Shown piece after piece: positions 5,962 through 10,349 of a stretch of DNA of 10,349 nt. Every line of letters begins with the position of its first letter. The first letter of the stretch is position 1. This DNA comes from Candidatus Diapherotrites archaeon CG08_land_8_20_14_0_20_30_16 (GTDB lineage Archaea > Iainarchaeota > Iainarchaeia > Iainarchaeales > 0-14-0-20-30-16). The DNA lies in NCBI GenBank assembly GCA_002779075.1, contig PEXK01000032.1, positions 1-10,349 of the forward strand. The letters are read 5' to 3'. The translations under genes were made by a program, and so were the position numbers. The notes under the pieces are model-generated. The model made no database searches and was not told where the DNA came from. It was given only the letters and a program-made list of their open reading frames with translations.

Positions 5962-6870
5962 ATGTTCAATATAAATTTGATGTTGCAAAAATACCAAACT
6001 GTTTTGTACAGGAACAAAATAAAGATAAATGTTAATCTTTGGCTTCTCCTTGCTTTGATTGTTGGTTTGATAGTTTTGTTTTTGTTTATTTTATTAGGAA
6101 ATATAGTTTTAGGGATCGTAGGATTTTTGTGTGCATTTGATTTGTTTATAGGTTATCCCTTATTTTTAGAAGAGAAAAGAATTTCTCTTATAGAAAAGTA
6201 TTTTCCAAATGCATTAAGAGAAATTGCATATCTTTTAAAAACCGGAGGAACGTACGAATACGCTATAAGAGAGTTGACAACTTATGATTATGGGCCATTG
6301 AATGATGAATTTGAAAATGTTTTGCTAAGATTAGAACAAGGTTATAATTTTGAAGAATCATTATCTATTGTTGCTGAAAATGTAGATTCACAAATGGTGA
6401 AAAAGACAATATCTATAATTTCAGATTCTATAAAAGCTGGTGCTTCTTTATCAGATATTTTAGAGGATTTGTCTGAAGATATGCGAAAATTATACAAATT
6501 AGAATTAGATAGAAAAGCAAAAACAATGATGCAAATGCTTTTTATTTTTGCAGCTGGAGCAATAATTGCTCCCGCAATCTATGGTTTGGTTTTAACCCTA
6601 ATCGATTTTTTACTTACTGTAACATCATCTGCAGGACTGGCAAAGCTAGAAACAGTTGCAACTGCACTAGGTGTTAGAAATTTAATCGAAAGCGTATTAA
6701 CTATATTTGTTTTTATTCAGGCTTTGGCATCATCTATAATGGTTGTTTTCATGCGTGAACGTAAATTTGCAAAAACCTTTTTGTATCTGCCATTGTTTTT
6801 ATTGTGTGCGTATATTGCATTCTACGGCATAAAGTACCTTTCGAAATATTTATTAATAGGAATGATGTAA
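5962..6870 (+). CDS. Pilus platform membrane protein with a single T2SSF domain (TadC/EpdK-like)
   Basis: This is a second, divergent T2SSF-type domain (FPNALREIAYLLKTGGTYEYAIRELTTYDYGPLNDEFENVLLRLEQGYNFEESL ... IKAGASLSDILEDLSEDM). It has an N-terminal transmembrane segment and C-terminal transmembrane segments. The gene starts 9 nt after the previous stop. Confidence 0.85.
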   Translation: MFNINLMLQKYQTVLYRNKIKINVNLWLLLALIVGLIVLFLFILLGNIVLGIVGFLCAFDLFIGYPLFLEEKRISLIEKYFPNALREIAYLLKTGGTYEYAIRELTTYDYGPLNDEFENVLLRLEQGYNFEESLSIVAENVDSQMVKKTISIISDSIKAGASLSDILEDLSEDMRKLYKLELDRKAKTMMQMLFIFAAGAIIAPAIYGLVLTLIDFLLTVTSSAGLAKLETVATALGVRNLIESVLTIFVFIQALASSIMVVFMRERKFAKTFLYLPLFLLCAYIAFYGIKYLSKYLLIGMM

Positions 6871-6885
6871 TTTTAGTGAGCATTT

Positions 6886-7065
6886 ATGAATGAAAGTTAT
6901 ATTGATGATAAAAAAGCACAAACATCTTTGGAAGTAATATTGATTGTAGCTGGTGTTTTGGTACTAGTTACATTAATAGGTTATTATATTAAAACCAAGG
7001 TTGTTGAATCTCAACCAGATGAAAACAAGTGGAAAGAATTGTATGAAAAAACAAGTGGAAAATAA
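6886..7065 (+). CDS. Mini-pilin 1, class III signal peptide protein (59 aa; absent from the ORF track)
   Basis: Hand translation gives MNESYIDDKKAQTSLEVILIVAGVLVLVTLIGYYIKTKVVESQPDENKWKELYEKTSGK. It has a basic KKA followed by Q, then SLE and a hydrophobic helix of about 20 aa, the same design as the two neighbouring pilins. Confidence 0.75.
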   Translation: MNESYIDDKKAQTSLEVILIVAGVLVLVTLIGYYIKTKVVESQPDENKWKELYEKTSGK

Positions 7066-7088
7066 AATTATTTTTGGAGGGGTAAAAA

Positions 7089-7292
7089 ATGAAATTTCTA
7101 AAAGATGAAAAAGCACAAGGCGCTTTGGAGTACCTTTTAATTATTGGTGGGTCTATTGTTCTGGCTGCTGTGGTTATTGCTATTGTAATTAATTTGGGCA
7201 AGAAAGGCGGCTCAGATGTAAATAGCCAAACCGAAGTTTACACGAATACCTTAAAAAGCGGAAAAAATGCAATACCAGAAATAGAGCAGTGA
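7089..7292 (+). CDS. Mini-pilin 2, class III signal peptide (former DUF361-type) pilin, 67 aa
   Basis: The protein begins MKFLKDEKAQGALEYLLIIGGSIVLAAVVIAIVINLG. This matches the archaeal class III signal peptide consensus of a basic residue, a small residue, Q, then xxLEYLL. A strong GGAGG at 7076-7080 lies 8 nt upstream of the ATG. Confidence 0.9.
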   Translation: MKFLKDEKAQGALEYLLIIGGSIVLAAVVIAIVINLGKKGGSDVNSQTEVYTNTLKSGKNAIPEIEQ

Positions 7293-7299
7293 TCCTTTT

Positions 7300-7479
7300 A
7301 TGTATTTTAAAGAAAAGAGGGCTCAAGTATCTTTAGAGTACCTCTTAACTATTGTTTTTGCAATTGTTTTGGTTGCAATAGTTACTGTCTTTGTTTTAAA
7401 TGTGCATTACTTAGGTGATGTTGCAAAGGACAGAATAAAAAATTATAAAACAAAATACTTTGAAAAAATCTTCGCCTAG
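7300..7479 (+). CDS. Mini-pilin 3, class III signal peptide protein (59 aa; absent from the ORF track)
   Basis: Hand translation gives MYFKEKRAQVSLEYLLTIVFAIVLVAIVTVFVLNVHYLGDVAKDRIKNYKTKYFEKIFA. It carries the same KRA-Q-xSLEYLL motif and starts 7 nt after the stop of pilin 2. Confidence 0.8.
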   Translation: MYFKEKRAQVSLEYLLTIVFAIVLVAIVTVFVLNVHYLGDVAKDRIKNYKTKYFEKIFA

Positions 7480-7480
7480 C

Positions 7481-7511
7481 ACACTGGGCATACAGTGTAG
7501 AATATTTTATG
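7481..7511 (+). promoter_or_regulatory. Palindrome-plus-TATA element, copy D (ACACTG-GGCATA-CAGTGT-AGAATATTTTATG)
   Basis: A perfect 6-bp inverted repeat (7481-7486 / 7493-7498) begins 2 nt after the pilin-3 stop and is followed by an A/T-rich, T-run-containing box. It could act as a post-pilin terminator hairpin, as an operator plus TATA box, or as both. Confidence 0.4.
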
Positions 7512-7575
7512 TCTATTGACACAAATATTTTACAAAGTGTCACAAGATCTTTGGAATACAAAGCCTTAATGACAC

Positions 7576-7587
7576 AAATTTTATGTA
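7576..7587 (+). promoter_or_regulatory. TATA-like box AAATTTTATGTA, likely promoter of the prepilin peptidase gene
   Basis: This 12-mer is identical to 2979-2990. It lies about 40-48 nt upstream of the ATG at 7624, which leaves room for a short leader carrying AGGA (7614-7617). Confidence 0.35.
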
Positions 7588-7623
7588 GTGCTAGGATGTG
7601 TGGTTGTGTTGCTAGGAATTACT

Positions 7624-8739
7624 ATGTCTATCTACTTCTTAATAAATTGTATTATTGTTTTTGTCTGTCTTCTTTATTCAACAATTACTGATATTAAAAA
7701 AAGAGAAGTATCAAATTATATCACTATTGGCCTTTTGGTATATGGTACAATTGCAAATGCAATTTATTTCTTTCTGATTAAGGGCTATTTATCAACTATA
7801 TATTTTCTTATGTTTGATGCTCTTGTTTTTTTGATTTGTTATTTGCTTTGGAAATTAGGAATTTTTGCAGGCGGAGATGCAAAACTATTTTCTGGAATTG
7901 CAGCAACCATTCCTATATTGAGTCAATCAATTTTTTTTATGGGGTGGTCTGGGTTTCCATTTATTTTATCTCTTTTTATTTTGTCTATTTTAGCAATGTT
8001 CCCTATAGTATCAGTAAAACTTCTTTTTGTATACTTTAAAAGAGCAAATATAAAAGAAAAAGTAGTAAGTAGTTTAAGAAAAAATTTTGCAGGATTTGTT
8101 TTCAATATTCTGTATGTTGTTTCTCTTTTTTTTGTATTTTCGTTTTTTACTCTTCCATTTTGGATATTTTTAATAATATCCATATTTTTGGGTTTTGTAT
8201 CAAAGAGAATAAGGTACCCATTATCTGTTGTAATTTTTGTAGTTGCTGTAATAATAAACCCGAGCAGTACTATTTCTGTTATGCTATTATCTATTGTGAT
8301 TGCTTTGTTTATTGCTTTAATGATTAACTTGTTTGTACTTTCAAAATCTGGAATCTTCAATTATAAAAAAAGAGTCGCGGATTTGATGGAAGGAGATTTA
8401 TTGGCACATAATTTAATACAGGATAATAAGAAATTAATTCCATTGAAGTTTGATTTTTGGCTACACCTAAAAATAGCATTTAAACAGAGTCTGAAAAAAG
8501 GTATAAAACCTATTTTTGAATTGTTGGAAAAGAGAAAGCATTTATATAGAGAAATTGTTATTAATAATACCTTGGCAGCAGGGGTGTCAAAAAAAGAAAT
8601 TTCACAAATAAAGAAAAGATATTTTGAGAAGGAAATTGAATTAAAGGAAACAACGCCTTTAGTTCCAAGCATATTGCTTGCATATGTTGTTTTAATTGTT
8701 TTTGGTGATGTTGTATGGTTGCTGGTTTCTTTAATATAG
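7624..8739 (+). CDS. Archaeal A24-family prepilin/preflagellin peptidase (FlaK/PibD/EppA-like), long form (371 aa)
   Basis: The first catalytic Asp sits in LLYSTITDIKKREVSNY (D at 7690-7692). The second sits in GIFAGGDAKLF (D at 7876-7878). The protein is polytopic. A C-terminal soluble segment is followed by TPLVPSILLAYVV. I moved the start from the track's GTG at 7588 to the ATG at 7624, so the protein begins MSIYFLINCIIVF with a transmembrane helix, as in FlaK/PibD. Confidence 0.9.
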   Translation: MSIYFLINCIIVFVCLLYSTITDIKKREVSNYITIGLLVYGTIANAIYFFLIKGYLSTIYFLMFDALVFLICYLLWKLGIFAGGDAKLFSGIAATIPILSQSIFFMGWSGFPFILSLFILSILAMFPIVSVKLLFVYFKRANIKEKVVSSLRKNFAGFVFNILYVVSLFFVFSFFTLPFWIFLIISIFLGFVSKRIRYPLSVVIFVVAVIINPSSTISVMLLSIVIALFIALMINLFVLSKSGIFNYKKRVADLMEGDLLAHNLIQDNKKLIPLKFDFWLHLKIAFKQSLKKGIKPIFELLEKRKHLYREIVINNTLAAGVSKKEISQIKKRYFEKEIELKETTPLVPSILLAYVVLIVFGDVVWLLVSLI

Positions 8740-9299
8740 GCAAAAAGGGGCAATTGAGTGTTGAGTTTTTGCTTATTTTGCTGGTTGTTTTGATAATTAT
8801 AGAAACAATAATTATTCCATTAAGGGATTATTCACAGGCATCTGTTGAGGATATGGTTGCAATAAGTTATTTAGAAGAAAACATATCAAAAATTCAAAGC
8901 GTAATTCAAGATTTGAATACCTATTCAGAAGCAAAATTGACACTAAAGATTCACGTTCCAGAAGATGCAAATTTTTATATTACAAATGTAAGTTTTACGG
9001 GACCTTTGGTATCAACAACTATAAGTTATTCATATGTTTTAAAATCTTATGATTTAAATGTGGGCTCATGTAGTTCTAATGGTTGTCTAAATTCAACAAA
9101 CACATCTCCAATATGTATAACCAATTCCCAGCAAATATCTACACCTCAAATAGTATGTACGCTTACAGGGAACTTTAAGCCTTGCATTTTTTTTCCCATT
9201 ACTAGATATGGTTATTTATTGTCCGAAGGGAGCTATTTATTGGAATTTAAAAAATCGGGAAATACAACAACAATATCAAAAGAGGAATTATATGAATAA
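8715..9299 (+). CDS. Pilin-like protein with class III signal peptide (194 aa)
   Basis: The N-terminus is MVAGFFNIGKKGQLSVEFLLILLVVLIIIE, that is KKG then Q, with E at +5. The C-terminal part is Cys-rich (5 Cys) and carries several N-x-S/T sequons (NIS, NVS, NST, NTS, NTT). The gene overlaps the peptidase gene by 25 nt. Confidence 0.75.
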   Translation: MVAGFFNIGKKGQLSVEFLLILLVVLIIIETIIIPLRDYSQASVEDMVAISYLEENISKIQSVIQDLNTYSEAKLTLKIHVPEDANFYITNVSFTGPLVSTTISYSYVLKSYDLNVGSCSSNGCLNSTNTSPICITNSQQISTPQIVCTLTGNFKPCIFFPITRYGYLLSEGSYLLEFKKSGNTTTISKEELYE

Positions 9300-9624
9300 A
9301 GGGCAAGTAGCAATAGATCTGCTTTTTGCAGTTATTTTATTTTTGGTTATTGTAACCTTCTTTCTTAATTATGTTAATGATTTGAATCAAACAACAGATG
9401 ATTATATTTCAAATGTTTCTTTATTTAATTCATATATTTTAACCTACGATTTGGTAAAAAGCACTGATTATATAAAAGATATAAACGTAATATTTTATTT
9501 CAAAGACATTAATTTTTCCTACGATACAACCAATAAAAGAATAATTTTGGACGAAAATAACAATTATATAATATCTACAAAGAATATTTTTTGCAAGCCG
9601 CAAATAAAGGCTTGTGGTAAGTGA
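9292..9624 (+). CDS. Pilin-like protein with class III signal peptide (110 aa)
   Basis: From the ATG at 9292 the protein begins MNKGQVAIDLLFAVILFLVIVTFF. GAGG at 9282-9285 precedes the start, and the ATGAATAA overlap with the upstream stop suggests translational coupling. The track's start at 9208 would add 28 non-pilin residues that overlap the previous gene. Confidence 0.7.
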   Translation: MNKGQVAIDLLFAVILFLVIVTFFLNYVNDLNQTTDDYISNVSLFNSYILTYDLVKSTDYIKDINVIFYFKDINFSYDTTNKRIILDENNNYIISTKNIFCKPQIKACGK

Positions 9625-9630
9625 TTCTAT

Positions 9631-10131
9631 ATGCAAAAAGGATTTTTCATATCTTTAGATTTAATTATCTGTGTTGTTGCAGTATTCTTTTTGTTTGGAA
9701 TTCTAGGGGCTTATTTGCATTCAGGAATACAAGACTTTGCAACCTACAAAGATGATGCAAAAATGCAATCAACAATGAATATTGTACTCAATAGATTAGC
9801 AAGCTCAGAACATAGTTGTGATATGGTAGATGATCTAGGGTTTAGTATTAAAAAAGTGAATTTTTGTATACAGCTTAACACTAATTTGTCAAATCTGATT
9901 AATGATTTGGATTATAACGTTTCTATAGGTTGTTACGCCTACTCTAAAAACCTATTTGTGCCCTGTTTTCAAATACATCCTTTTGTGCTTTCAAATTCAG
10001 AGAAATATATTGCAAAAGATATTTTTCTTTTGGTACCCTCAAATACTTTATTTAAACAAAAATATTTTGAATGTACTGAAGGAAATTGCGGCATAAATAT
10101 TACATTGGTGAGAGTGTATGTTTGGAATTAG
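9631..10131 (+). CDS. Pilin-like protein, class III-type signal peptide with KG-F junction (166 aa)
   Basis: The protein begins MQKGFFISLDLIICVVAVFFLFGILGAYL, a very short basic leader followed by a hydrophobic helix. The remainder is a Cys-containing domain with NLS, NVS and NIT sequons. Confidence 0.65.
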   Translation: MQKGFFISLDLIICVVAVFFLFGILGAYLHSGIQDFATYKDDAKMQSTMNIVLNRLASSEHSCDMVDDLGFSIKKVNFCIQLNTNLSNLINDLDYNVSIGCYAYSKNLFVPCFQIHPFVLSNSEKYIAKDIFLLVPSNTLFKQKYFECTEGNCGINITLVRVYVWN

Positions 10132-10349
10132 CCCTATATTGGAAGATAATAAAGGAATTATTTTTATTCTTGATTTAGTTTTCTGCGTTGCGATAGTTGT
10201 TTTGGCACTAGCAGTTATAACACAAATAAAAACCCCTAAAATTACTACTTATCAAAACGATTTAACTTATTTTGAAGCAGGTTCTTTTTTAATGAATCAG
10301 GAGATTGTAACAACAATAGATGCAAATAAAGATTATGTTTGTAGAAACT
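10118..10349 (+). CDS. Pilin-like protein, N-terminal part (continues past the right window edge)
   Basis: Hand translation from the ATG at 10118 gives MFGISPILEDNKGIIFILDLVFCVAIVVLALAVITQIKTPKITTYQNDLTYFEAGSFLMNQEIVTTIDANKDYVCRN, with no stop before the window edge. It has an NKG junction followed by a hydrophobic helix. It overlaps the previous gene by 14 nt. Confidence 0.55.
   Translation, partial: MFGISPILEDNKGIIFILDLVFCVAIVVLALAVITQIKTPKITTYQNDLTYFEAGSFLMNQEIVTTIDANKDYVCRN

Noticed and set aside
3954-6017. Minus-strand ORFs inside the ATPase and platform genes (3954-4337, 4827-5102, 5190-5429, 5582-5863, 5751-6017)
   Set aside because: They are antisense shadows of genes with clear Walker or T2SSF motifs, and they have no motifs of their own.
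6989-7201. Minus-strand 70-aa ORF overlapping mini-pilins 1 and 2
   Set aside because: It is antisense to two pilin genes that have clear class III signal motifs and a GGAGG ribosome-binding site, so it is a shadow ORF.
7509-7691. 60-aa plus-strand ORF, and the GTG start at 7588 that extends the peptidase
   Set aside because: The ORF spans promoter-like repeats and runs out of frame into the peptidase gene. The GTG extension adds MLGCVVVLLGIT upstream of a natural ATG at 7624 that has AGGA upstream of it.
7836-8753. ORFs 7836-8039 (+), 7923-8360 (-), 8361-8753 (-) and 8561-8743 (-) inside the peptidase gene
   Set aside because: They are alternative-frame or antisense shadows of the membrane-protein gene that carries both catalytic Asp motifs.
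9208-9291. Upstream ATG at 9208 for the third pilin-like gene (track N-terminus MVIYCPKGAIYWNL)
   Set aside because: This start would overlap the previous gene by 92 nt and would bury the class III signal peptide 28 residues inside the protein. The ATG at 9292, with GAGG upstream, gives a canonical MNKG-Q leader.
9439-9636. Minus-strand 65-aa ORF
   Set aside because: It is antisense to the 9292-9624 pilin-like gene and has an I/Y/F-rich shadow composition.

Overview
This is a very AT-rich archaeal window. The evidence for archaeal origin is an archaeal-type RFC small subunit, class III signal-peptide pilins, TATA-like promoter boxes and GAGG-type ribosome-binding sites. The compact, overlapping gene layout resembles small-genome (for example DPANN-type) archaea, but that is inference only.

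Contents, in order:
1. The 5' part of a minus-strand gene of unknown function (1-386).
2. A 283-bp repeat-rich intergenic region (387-669).
3. The replication factor C small subunit gene (670-2967), interrupted in frame by a 441-aa LAGLIDADG intein (907-2229) in RFC box IV.
4. A co-directional type IV pilus locus that runs off the right edge. It encodes:
- a FlaI/TadA/VirB11-family ATPase (3058-4734);
- two separate single-domain T2SSF platform proteins, TadB/TadC- or EpdJ/EpdK-like (4819-5952 and 5962-6870);
- three tandem mini-pilins of 59-67 aa (6886-7065, 7089-7292, 7300-7479), two of which fall below the ORF-track cutoff;
- a long A24 prepilin peptidase (7624-8739);
- at least four further pilin-like genes with overlapping starts (8715-10349+).

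The main points of interest are the Epd/Tad-like architecture, mini-pilins whose predicted mature N-terminus has the same E+5/Y+6 register as bacterial Flp pilins, the intein, and a recurring palindrome-plus-TATA element at four intergenic positions. No rRNA, tRNA, CRISPR array or transposon was seen. All protein-family calls rest on motifs read by eye from the translations. No database search was run.
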